From assembly GCA_046539845.1 (NCBI GenBank), contig JBKHGE010000061.1, forward strand, positions 1-10,633: a stretch of 10,633 nt of DNA, written 5' to 3'. Under the pieces are notes generated by a model. That model saw only the letters and a program-made list of their open reading frames with translations. It did no database searches and had not been told where the DNA came from. Origin of the DNA: Desulfonatronovibrionaceae bacterium (GTDB lineage: Bacteria; Desulfobacterota; Desulfovibrionia; Desulfovibrionales; Desulfonatronovibrionaceae). Both the position numbers and the translations under genes were made by a program. Of the stretch, positions 1 to 8,034 are shown one piece after another (the stretch's first letter is position 1; every line of letters begins with the position of its first letter).

Positions 1-7
1 AGCGAGC

Positions 8-47
8 ATATAAAACCCCTGACACCCTCATGTCAACAGGTTTTTAT
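8..47 (-). terminator. Imperfect hairpin with U-rich tail downstream of asnS; probable intrinsic terminator, possibly bidirectional
   Basis: Minus-strand RNA AUAAAAACCUGUUGACA-UGAGGG-UGUCAGGGGUUUUAUAU: core UGACA/UGUCA stem extended by G-U pairs and one bulge, ending in UUUUAUAU, about 45 nt after the asnS stop. The plus strand also ends in TTTTTAT. Confidence 0.45.
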
Positions 48-93
48 CGGAAACTGGAAAAAACCGTGCCCTAAAGCAAACACCGGCGCAGAA

Positions 94-1476
94 TCAGAAC
101 TCCAGACTCTTCGGGGTACGCGGAAACGGGATCACGTCCCGGATGTTGGACACCCCAGTTATAAGCATCAGCAGACGTTCAAATCCCAGGCCGAACCCGG
201 AATGGGGGACAGTCCCGAAACGGCGCAAGTCAACGTACCACCAGTAGTCCTGTTCTTGAAGTCCGGCTTCGTGCATCCGGGCTTGGAGCTCGTCCAAACG
301 CTCCTCGCGCTGGCTACCTCCGATGAGCTCCCCTATCCCCGGGACCAGGAGATCCATGGCCGCGACTGTTTTGCGGTCCTCGTTCACCCGCATGTAAAAC
401 GGCTTTATCTCCCGGGGGTAATCAAAGACAAATACCGGACGCTGGAAATATCTTTCGCTCAGATAACGCTCGTGCTCGGTCTGCAAATCCGCTCCGTATT
501 CCACGGGGTATTCAAAGCCGGCCTTGGCCTTTTTCAATATCTCCACCGCCTCGGTGTATGGGATGCGGGCAAATTCACTGCTGACTATGCCGTCCATCCT
601 GGCCTCCAGCTCTTTGTCCACGAATCTGGAGAAAAGCTGCAGGTCCTCGGCACAAGTTTTGCGGACCTCATTTATGACCTCGCGGGTGAATTCCTCAGCC
701 AGGTCCATATTCCCCTCAAGATCGACAAAGGCCATTTCCGGCTCGATCATCCAGAATTCAGCCGCATGGCGCGGGGTATTGGAATTTTCTGCCCGGAAGG
801 TGGGGCCGAAGGTATACACGTCCCCCAAAGCGCAAGCCAAAGACTCGGCTGAGAGCTGTCCGGACACGGTCAGCGCGGCCCGACAGCCAAAGAAATCTTG
901 TTCCAGGTTTGCCCTGCCCTTTTTTAGCGGCAGGTTGTCCATATCCAGGGCGGTGACCTGAAACATCTCCCCCGCCCCTTCGCAATCCGACCCAGTGATT
1001 ATCGGGGTATGGATGTATCTAAAAGAACGGTCGCGGAAAAATCTGTGTACCGCAAACGAGGTCTCGGAACGGATGCGGTTCACCGCCCCGTATTTGTTGG
1101 TCCGGGGGCGCAGATGAGCGATACTGCGCAGATATTCGTCGCTATGCCTCTTTTTCTGCAGTGGATAGGTTTCCTGGTCCGCCTCGCCAATAAGACTGAT
1201 CTCCGCGGCCCGAAGCTCCCATTTCTGGCCCTTACCTGGGGATTCGACCAAATCTCCGGATACCGAGACCGCGGCCCCTGTGCCTACCCGGCCCAAAACG
1301 GAATAGGAAGGGATGTCCGCATCCACAACCACCTGCAGGTTCTCCAAACACGACCCATCGTTGAGCTCCAGAAAGGAAAAGCCCTTGGAATCGCGCCTGG
1401 TACGCACCCAACCCTTGACCTCAATGTCCTGCTCCGGCTCGGCCTGATTTATTCTTTCTTTGATCTTTTTGCGCAT
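94..1476 (-). CDS. asnS: Asparagine--tRNA ligase (class IIb AsnRS)
   Basis: N-terminal OB-fold ([16 protein letters not shown]), HLRPRTN, LTVSGQL, motif 2 [33 protein letters not shown] and motif 3 [15 protein letters not shown] at 1476 is preferred over GTG at 1479 because AGGAG lies 5 nt upstream of the ATG. Confidence 0.96.
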   Translation of the reverse strand: MRKKIKERINQAEPEQDIEVKGWVRTRRDSKGFSFLELNDGSCLENLQVVVDADIPSYSVLGRVGTGAAVSVSGDLVESPGKGQKWELRAAEISLIGEADQETYPLQKKRHSDEYLRSIAHLRPRTNKYGAVNRIRSETSFAVHRFFRDRSFRYIHTPIITGSDCEGAGEMFQVTALDMDNLPLKKGRANLEQDFFGCRAALTVSGQLSAESLACALGDVYTFGPTFRAENSNTPRHAAEFWMIEPEMAFVDLEGNMDLAEEFTREVINEVRKTCAEDLQLFSRFVDKELEARMDGIVSSEFARIPYTEAVEILKKAKAGFEYPVEYGADLQTEHERYLSERYFQRPVFVFDYPREIKPFYMRVNEDRKTVAAMDLLVPGIGELIGGSQREERLDELQARMHEAGLQEQDYWWYVDLRRFGTVPHSGFGLGFERLLMLITGVSNIRDVIPFPRTPKSLEF

Positions 1477-1534
1477 CACCGCTCCTGTTTTCTTAATCCT
1501 GCAATGCCAGTGTCTTCCGGGACCGGCCCGGGAT

Positions 1535-3847
1535 TTACAACATATTCAGCGGATCCAGGTCCAGCATCACCCGACATTCCCGGAAGGGTTGCATCCCCTG
1601 GCGCAGCTCGTGGAAAAAGGCCCGAATCTCCGGCCACTGATCGGCCTTGAGCAGGCATTGGTGCCGCTCCCGTCCGTTCAGCTTGTGCATCGGGGCAGGG
1701 GCAGGACCCAATAACCCGAGACCGTATTTCTTGGCAAGCCGCTCACTCAAAGCGGAAAATTGCTTCAACACCTCGTTTCTTCTCCGCCACTCCCAGGGGA
1801 ATGTACAGCGGACAAGGCCCATCCTGCAAAACGGTGGATATAAAAAGCGCTTTCTCCGGGAAATCTCCGCGGAAAAAAAGGACTCATAGTCCCCGTTTCT
1901 TATATGCTGCCAGCAGTAGTGCCCCGGACAGGAAGTCTGGATCAGCACCCGGCCGGGCAGCTCACCCCGGCCGGAACGGCCAGAGACCTGAACCAGCATC
2001 TGAAACACCCTCTCCGAAGCCCGGTAGTCGGGCAGATTGAGCCCCAGGTCCCCGTCCACGACTATCACCAGAGTCACCCCTGGGAAATTATGCCCTTTGC
2101 TTATCATCTGGGTGCCCACCAGTACGCTGGCCTCGCCGGCGGAAAACTGCCTAAGTATCTCTTCGCCCCGGCCCTTTTTGCGGGCGCTGTCCCGGTCCAA
2201 CCTGAGCACTCCCGCGTCGTTCAGATGAGCGCTGAAATACTCCTCCAGCTTTTCCGTGCCCTCGCCCATGGGGATAAAGGCGCTGTACCCGCAATGTTCG
2301 CAGACAAGGGGCAGGGAGGCGGTGGCCCCGCAGTAATGGCAGACTAGGCGATTGCGTTTTTTATGGTAGGTCAGGCTCACGTGGCAATCCTGGCAGCGGG
2401 CGATCTCCTGGCAGTTCTGGCAGTAAAGGAGAGGGGCGTAGCCGCGGCGGTTATGCATGATAACCGCCTGCTCTCCCCGCTCCAAGGTATGCATCAGTGC
2501 TTGGTGTACCTCTTCGGCCAGGGGGCCGTGGCACCGCGGACTGTTGTTCAAATCCACCAGCTCAACGGTTGGAAGCTCCTTACCGCTTATCCGGCTGGGC
2601 ATATCCACCAGCTTAATGTCCCCGCGGGAAGCCGCCCAATAGGTTTTTACATCCGGAGTAGCCGAACCCAAGACAAGTAGGCCCCGGCTACGGCGAACCC
2701 AAAAATAACCCACTTCCTTTGCCTGATAGACCAGATTACTGTCCTGCTTAAAGGATTCATCATGCTCCTCATCCAAAATCACCAGTTTTGGGGCGTAGGT
2801 GACCATAAACAGGCTGGAGCGGGTGCCGACCAGCACCCGGGGACAGGGGCGCTTGGATAGCTTGAGAAAAAGATCAGCCCGGCAGGAAGGGGACAGACCG
2901 CCGTGATGGAGGAGTACCTCCCGGCCGGGAAGGTGGGCCTGAAGCACATCTCTCAGCTGCCTGGCCAGGGCAATCTCCGGAGCCAAAACCAAAACGTCCT
3001 CCCCACCATCCAGGGCTGCACGGGCCAACTCCGCATAGACCAGGGTCTTGCCGCTTCCGGTTACTCCATGCAGCACGGAACAGGAAGTGTTTCCGCTCCA
3101 GAGTTCCGGGAGGAGGGTGCCCACGGCCTTTTTCTGCTGCTCGGAGGGGGTGCAAACCGAATCCGCCAGCTGCCCGGTTTCGGCCGCGGGGTCATAGGCT
3201 GAAAAGGCAAGCAGGCCCTTGTCCCTAAGTCTTTTCAGTACCGGATACACGCCGGGTCCGAAACGGCGGGCCAGAAAACCCGGGGAGCACCCTCCCCTGG
3301 TCCAGATAAAATCCATTATCTCCCGCTGCCTCTTGGCATTGGGCAAAAGATCCCAGGGCGGCTCCTTTGCCGCATCCAGGATCCGATTCTCCCGCCGCGG
3401 CCTGAAGGGGGGCGGGGTGAGACGGCCGTCCAGCCATTCCCGGACCAGACCGCGGTCTGACTGCAGGGCCCGAAACCCGAACCTGCTCCCATCCGCTCCA
3501 AGGAGGCAGTCCGGCTTGTCCTTGATCAAAAGGGGGAGCATGTTGGCCAGGACCCGCCCCAAAGGTGCGGCGTGTCTTAAGGACATATCCCGGGCCAAAT
3601 CCAGATAGTCTCGGCTCAAAATCGGTTTGCGGTCCAGCGGCCAGACAATACGTTTCAACCTGCCCTGCGGCGGTTCGGTCTCCAGGTTAAGGATTACCGC
3701 CAGACGGAAGGAGTCACTCGCTCCCAGCGGGATGACCGCCCGCATCCCGGGTTCCAGGCAACCCGGCGGGAAATGCTCAGGGGGTCCGTAGGTCAATTCG
3801 GAATAGGGCGGAGAAAGGAGTGCGACTGTCCATAATTCCGTGGTCAT
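1535..3847 (-). CDS. priA: Primosomal protein N' (replication-restart helicase PriA), about 770 aa
   Basis: Walker [14 protein letters not shown] box ([12 protein letters not shown]), GSATP, NRRGYAP followed by four CxxC pairs, [26 protein letters not shown] and C-terminal LGPAPAP. Start moved from the track's 4027, which overlaps the upstream gene by 131 nt, to ATG 3847 ([15 protein letters not shown]). The start position is inferred. Confidence 0.93.
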   Translation of the reverse strand: MTTELWTVALLSPPYSELTYGPPEHFPPGCLEPGMRAVIPLGASDSFRLAVILNLETEPPQGRLKRIVWPLDRKPILSRDYLDLARDMSLRHAAPLGRVLANMLPLLIKDKPDCLLGADGSRFGFRALQSDRGLVREWLDGRLTPPPFRPRRENRILDAAKEPPWDLLPNAKRQREIMDFIWTRGGCSPGFLARRFGPGVYPVLKRLRDKGLLAFSAYDPAAETGQLADSVCTPSEQQKKAVGTLLPELWSGNTSCSVLHGVTGSGKTLVYAELARAALDGGEDVLVLAPEIALARQLRDVLQAHLPGREVLLHHGGLSPSCRADLFLKLSKRPCPRVLVGTRSSLFMVTYAPKLVILDEEHDESFKQDSNLVYQAKEVGYFWVRRSRGLLVLGSATPDVKTYWAASRGDIKLVDMPSRISGKELPTVELVDLNNSPRCHGPLAEEVHQALMHTLERGEQAVIMHNRRGYAPLLYCQNCQEIARCQDCHVSLTYHKKRNRLVCHYCGATASLPLVCEHCGYSAFIPMGEGTEKLEEYFSAHLNDAGVLRLDRDSARKKGRGEEILRQFSAGEASVLVGTQMISKGHNFPGVTLVIVVDGDLGLNLPDYRASERVFQMLVQVSGRSGRGELPGRVLIQTSCPGHYCWQHIRNGDYESFFSAEISRRKRFLYPPFCRMGLVRCTFPWEWRRRNEVLKQFSALSERLAKKYGLGLLGPAPAPMHKLNGRERHQCLLKADQWPEIRAFFHELRQGMQPFRECRVMLDLDPLNML

Positions 3848-3896
3848 TGTGGACTGGGGCTGGCTATATCCGGAGTCCAAACCAGAATATTCCGGG

Positions 3897-4640
3897 TCAT
3901 GGACCCAGGAAACCGGAAAAAAAGCGGTTGCAGAATCGGACCGTATCCGGAAGCCGACGCTTTCGCCTATCCCGAAATTTGTCTTTGAATTCCGGTACGG
4001 AAAACAGCTCCTGAGGCAAGGATACATTCACTCCGGTCCAATTGATCTCAATATCCAGGCTGCTGCCGTCATCTGCCTGCACAGACATAGTCCGGGGCAG
4101 GGGAAAGTTGCCCGTACGGCTGAAGTCACGCCATTGCAGGTGCATATCCGGCCCAAAATCCACACGCAAGGGGAGCATCTCTTCATTGTCCACCCACAGC
4201 CGAAGCCCTTTGTCCCCGGAGTCGTATCCACCCAAGACAATACACGGTCTGTCCCCGAGAAAGGCATATTCCTTTTTTTCCGGGTCCAGCCCGCGTCCTT
4301 TGAGCCGGGAGACGCCCTGCAACAGGACCCAGGACGGCGGGGGGCCGGTTTCAGTGCCCGCGGGAAAGGCGCCCAACACCTCGCTGCCCCGGCCCACAGA
4401 GGCGCAGAGCACCCGATTCTTTTCTTTGTCCACCCATTCGCTGCGCCACTGCCGGCCTTTCTGCCACACCCTCCACACCAGTTCCCCATCATTTGCAAAA
4501 AGGAATTCGGCCTGCAGAGAGGACACCCGACCCAGATTGTCGTGTATTTTGCTCTCAATATCTTCGGTCTCTGGGAAAAAGCCCGAAGCCGGAGCAAAGA
4601 GCAGGACCAAAAGAAAAGACAAAAATAAAACGCGGATCAA
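3897..4640 (-). CDS. Secreted/periplasmic protein, probable LolA-like (lipoprotein-carrier fold) family, 247 aa
   Basis: Signal peptide MIRVLFLSFLLVLLFAPASG; beta-rich body with SLQAEF, LWVDNEEMLPLRV and C-terminal VNVSLPQELFSVP, which resemble LolA-superfamily patterns. TTG start overlaps the galU TGA (TTGA), with GGGAG upstream. It fills the galU-priA gap in operon orientation. The CDS is well supported; the family call is tentative. Confidence 0.75.
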   Translation of the reverse strand: MIRVLFLSFLLVLLFAPASGFFPETEDIESKIHDNLGRVSSLQAEFLFANDGELVWRVWQKGRQWRSEWVDKEKNRVLCASVGRGSEVLGAFPAGTETGPPPSWVLLQGVSRLKGRGLDPEKKEYAFLGDRPCIVLGGYDSGDKGLRLWVDNEEMLPLRVDFGPDMHLQWRDFSRTGNFPLPRTMSVQADDGSSLDIEINWTGVNVSLPQELFSVPEFKDKFRDRRKRRLPDTVRFCNRFFSGFLGP

Positions 4641-5500
4641 GGCAAAAGCTCCCTTAAACGGGGGGCCAGATCGTCGTGTAGATCTTCATCCCGCAGTGCG
4701 AAATATATATTCGCGGTCAAATAATCCACCCAGTTCCCAATATCAAAGCGTTGCCCGGTCATTTTCACTGCCAGCAGGCGATGGTTCCGGGCCAGGGCCT
4801 GCAAGGCATCCGTGAGCTGGATCTCGCCTCCGTGCCCGGGCTCCAGCTGTTCCAGATAGCTGAAAATCTCCGGAGTCAGGACATACCTGCCGACAATGGC
4901 CAGCCTGGAAGGGGCCTTTTCCGGATCCGGCTTTTCAAAAACCTGGCGCACCCGATACATGCCCGGGGCAAATTCCTCACCCTGAATGATCCCATACTGG
5001 GACACCCTTTCCCGGGGCACCTCAACCACGCCCACAACCGGCATGTTCTCGTTCCGGGCCACATCCACGAGCTGGCGCACTGCCGACTGCGGACTGAACA
5101 AGAGATCGTCCCCGACCATGACCGCAAAGGGCTCGTTCTTGACCACTTCCCGGGCGCAAAGGACCGCGTGGCCCAGGCCTAGCTGCTCCTTCTGGCGCAC
5201 GGTAATGATATTGACCATTTCCGCCACCTCTCGGACCTGGCGCAGAAGCTCGTCTTTTCCGGAACGGGCCAAAACCGCCTCCAGGGAGAGATTGCGGTCG
5301 AAATGGTCCTCTAGGACCCGCTTTATCTGGTTGTTGACAAACACCACATCGGTAAGGCCGGAATGCATGGCCTCTTCCACCACGTACTGGACCGCCGGCT
5401 TTTTATATACCGGGAGCATCTCTTTGGGGATATTCTTGGTCGCGGGCAGAGAACGGGTCCCCCATCCGGCAACCGGAATGACCACTTTGCTTACTTTCAT
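4637..5500 (-). CDS. galU: UTP--glucose-1-phosphate uridylyltransferase
   Basis: KVVIPVAGWGTRSLPATKNIPKEMLP signature, RQKEQLGLGHAV, VGDD, EKP, GRYVL, GEIQLTDA; SD AAAGGAG upstream of the ATG. Confidence 0.96.
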   Translation of the reverse strand: MKVSKVVIPVAGWGTRSLPATKNIPKEMLPVYKKPAVQYVVEEAMHSGLTDVVFVNNQIKRVLEDHFDRNLSLEAVLARSGKDELLRQVREVAEMVNIITVRQKEQLGLGHAVLCAREVVKNEPFAVMVGDDLLFSPQSAVRQLVDVARNENMPVVGVVEVPRERVSQYGIIQGEEFAPGMYRVRQVFEKPDPEKAPSRLAIVGRYVLTPEIFSYLEQLEPGHGGEIQLTDALQALARNHRLLAVKMTGQRFDIGNWVDYLTANIYFALRDEDLHDDLAPRLRELLP

Positions 5501-5576
5501 ATCAAACGCTCCTTTAGTCTTGAGCTACCCCAGCGACAGGTCCCTGCACGCAGCTGCTGAGCCTGTAACTCCGGTC

Positions 5577-6968
5577 TTAAAAAGTATCTCCATACAGCCG
5601 GCGGCTCCTGGCTGTGGCCGACAGTCCTTTCTCCACCGCCCCGGCCAGGATATCAGCCTGGTCCACAACCGTCTGCTCATCTCTGCCCTCGACCATAATC
5701 CGGGCCACGGCCTCGGTCCCGGAATAGCGAAGGAATATACGGCTTTCCTCTCCCAGCTCTTTCTTGGCCGCACAAACCGCCTTTTGAATGGAGGGCACCT
5801 CCTCAAAAGGCACCTTCCTTTCCACGTGTACATTCTTCACGGTCTGGGGGAAAGGGGTAAGCAGCCCGGCCAGATCGGACAAAGGCCTTTGTCTCTCGAC
5901 CATTATCTTCATAAGCTGTAGGGCGGCCAGAATCCCATCCCCGGTAGTGCTGTAATTCAAAAATATCAAGTGACCGGACTGCTCGCCCCCGAAGACCGCA
6001 CCATTCTCGCGCATGGATTTTACCACGTAGCGATCTCCCACCGGGGTGCGCAACAGACGCCCGCCCTGCTCACGCATGAACACATCCAAAGCCATATTGC
6101 TCATCACTGTCGCGGCCAGGGTATTGTTGGTCAGTTCGCCCTTGTCCAGCATATCCTTGGCGCAGATGGCCATGATCTGGTCCCCGTCCAGGATCCGGCC
6201 GGTCTCGTCAACCACGATCAGTCTGTCCCCATCCCCGTCCAGGGCGACTCCCAGGTCAGCACCATACTCCCGGACCATTCCGGCGGTCACCTCCGGATAC
6301 AAGGATCCGCATTTCTTGTTTATATTCAAGCCATTGGGTTCATCACCGGTGGTGATCACCTTGGCTCCGAGCTCTTCGAAAATCAGGGGTGCCACCCGGT
6401 AAGTAGCCCCGTTGGCGCAGTCCAAAACCATTTTCATCCCGTCCAGGGTCAGGTCCGGGGGAAAACTGTGCTTGAGGTACACGATATATCTGCCCGGGCT
6501 ATCCTGGATCTTGCTGGCCCGCCCGATAAGCTCCGGCTGGGGATGGTCCCACTCGGTATCCTCGCTCAAGACCAGCTCGGCGATCTCGTCTTCGGTTTTG
6601 TCCGGAAGCTTGTATCCCCTGCTGTCGAAAAACTTGATCCCGTTGTCCATAAACGGATTGTGTGACGCGGATATGACCACCCCGACATCCGCGCGCATGT
6701 TCTTGGTCAGAAAGGAGATGGCCGGGGTGGGCATAGGGCCCACCTGGTACACATCCATACCCGAGGCGCAGAAACCGGAAGTAAGCGCTGTTTCAAATAC
6801 ATACCCGGAAAGCCGGGTATCCTTGCCGATGACCACACGGTGTTTTTTAAACCCGTTCCTAAAGTACTGCCCGGCAGCCAGCCCGAGTCTGAGCACGACT
6901 TCCGGGGTCATGGGATAGATATTCGCCTGTCCACGCAGGCCATCGGTGCCAAACAGTCTCTGAGTCAT
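5577..6968 (-). CDS. glmM: Phosphoglucosamine mutase
   Basis: [18 protein letters not shown], phosphoserine motif [10 protein letters not shown], metal loop DGDGDR, VGDRYV, GGEQSGH, RYSGTE..RIMVEG. Confidence 0.96.
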   Translation of the reverse strand: MTQRLFGTDGLRGQANIYPMTPEVVLRLGLAAGQYFRNGFKKHRVVIGKDTRLSGYVFETALTSGFCASGMDVYQVGPMPTPAISFLTKNMRADVGVVISASHNPFMDNGIKFFDSRGYKLPDKTEDEIAELVLSEDTEWDHPQPELIGRASKIQDSPGRYIVYLKHSFPPDLTLDGMKMVLDCANGATYRVAPLIFEELGAKVITTGDEPNGLNINKKCGSLYPEVTAGMVREYGADLGVALDGDGDRLIVVDETGRILDGDQIMAICAKDMLDKGELTNNTLAATVMSNMALDVFMREQGGRLLRTPVGDRYVVKSMRENGAVFGGEQSGHLIFLNYSTTGDGILAALQLMKIMVERQRPLSDLAGLLTPFPQTVKNVHVERKVPFEEVPSIQKAVCAAKKELGEESRIFLRYSGTEAVARIMVEGRDEQTVVDQADILAGAVEKGLSATARSRRLYGDTF

Positions 6969-6975
6969 TTATCTA

Positions 6976-7062
6976 TTATATTCCCTTTGGTTTTAATATA
7001 GTTAACTCCCAAACCAGCCCGTTAAGCTCAACCCCCTGATGTACATATATGCCTACCCACAT
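6976..7062 (-). CDS. Possible 28-aa small ORF (MWVGIYVHQGVELNGLVWELTILKPKGI), not in the ORF track
   Basis: Perfect SD AGGAGG (7070-7075) 7 nt before ATG 7062; TAA stop ends 7 nt upstream of the glmM ATG. Codons are AT-rich (ATA, TTA, GTA), unlike neighbouring genes, so coding status is doubtful. Confidence 0.25.
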   Translation of the reverse strand: MWVGIYVHQGVELNGLVWELTILKPKGI

Positions 7063-7089
7063 TTTAAAGCCTCCTGGCGCGGGGTTCAA
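7061..7089 (-). promoter_or_regulatory. Putative internal sigma70 promoter for glmM-galU and downstream genes
   Basis: TTGAAC (7089-7084, overlapping the folP TGA) - 17 nt - TAAAAT (7066-7061) in an AT-rich spacer. Confidence 0.55.
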
Positions 7090-7988
7090 GTCTGATTTTG
7101 CTTTTCGCCCCTAGTAGCAGGATCCGGCAGACGGGAAACCGCATCCCGGGTCTCCCGGATAATGGTCAGGGTGTGCCTGGCTGAGCGTACGTCATGGACC
7201 CGGTGGATATCTGCCCCGTTTTCGGCCGCCAGCACTGTTCCCGCCTGACTGGCCGCATTGCGGTCCGCAAGCGGCAGATCAAGGAGTTTGCCCCACAAAG
7301 ATTTGTTGGACAACCCGACATAAAGGGGCCGGTTAAAACGGGTAAAACGTCTCATCCCGCCCAGGATCTGCAGATTATGCTCCAGGGTCTTTCCAAAGCC
7401 TATGCCCGGATCCAGAACAATGTTTTCCTCAGGCAGGCCGGCCCGGGTCAGCCGGTCCAGTCCGGAGTCAAAAAAGGCCTCGATCTCGTCCAGGACATTT
7501 TCATATTCCGGAGCCACCTGCATATCCTCGGGCCGACCCTTGGAGTGCATGAGCACATATCCGGGTCTGTATTCAGCCAAGACATCGACCAGCCCGGGAT
7601 CGAAAGCACAGGCCGAGACATCGTTTATCACGCCCGCGCCCTTTTCCAGAACGGCCCGGGCCACGCCGCTGCGGTAGGTATCCACGCTCAAAAGCGCATA
7701 CGGCAGAGAGGCGCGGATCGCTTCCACTACCGGGAGCACCCTCCCGAGTTCCACCTCCTCGCCCACCGGCCTGGAAAACGGTCTGGTGCTCTCCCCGCCC
7801 ACATCCACAAGATCAGCTCCGTCCCGGACCAGCTCCCGGGCGCGGGAAAGGGCTTGCTTTGGTTCGGCATAGTCTCCGCCGTCAAAAAAAGAATCCGGGG
7901 TGACATTGAGTATCCCGACAATCAAAAAAGGGGCAGGGCTTACCGTCCTGCCCCCTGCGAGCTTCCATTCCCCCTGGCCCATAAGCAT
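7086..7988 (-). CDS. folP: Dihydropteroate synthase
   Basis: GILNVTPDSFFDGG, DVGGESTRP, SVDTY, INDVSA, LMH, LDPGIGFGKT, GLSNKS, RVHDV; typical position after ftsH. Start could be ATG 7988 or 7982. Confidence 0.96.
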   Translation of the reverse strand: MLMGQGEWKLAGGRTVSPAPFLIVGILNVTPDSFFDGGDYAEPKQALSRARELVRDGADLVDVGGESTRPFSRPVGEEVELGRVLPVVEAIRASLPYALLSVDTYRSGVARAVLEKGAGVINDVSACAFDPGLVDVLAEYRPGYVLMHSKGRPEDMQVAPEYENVLDEIEAFFDSGLDRLTRAGLPEENIVLDPGIGFGKTLEHNLQILGGMRRFTRFNRPLYVGLSNKSLWGKLLDLPLADRNAASQAGTVLAAENGADIHRVHDVRSARHTLTIIRETRDAVSRLPDPATRGEKQNQT

Positions 7989-8034
7989 TCACCCCTCTTT
8001 GGACATGCATGTCCTCAATATAGCTGCACAGCGT

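Noticed and set aside
1516..1533. Small GC hairpin CCGGG-N5-CCCGG after the priA stop
   Set aside because: It is short, has no U-tract and is expected by chance at this GC content; not called as a terminator or repeat family.
3848..4027. 60-aa N-terminal extension of PriA in the ORF track
   Set aside because: It overlaps the upstream gene by 131 nt and does not look like PriA; the PriA-like sequence starts at MTTELW.
3860..7088. Selenocysteine read-through of the TGA stops of folP or the LolA-like gene
   Set aside because: Read-through meets a TAG within about 11 codons in both cases, the proteins are already complete, and neither family is a known selenoprotein.
7385..7415. folP as a sul-type sulfonamide resistance gene
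   Set aside because: It has the chromosomal-type DPGIGFGKT motif and sits in the core ftsH-folP-glmM context with no mobile element.
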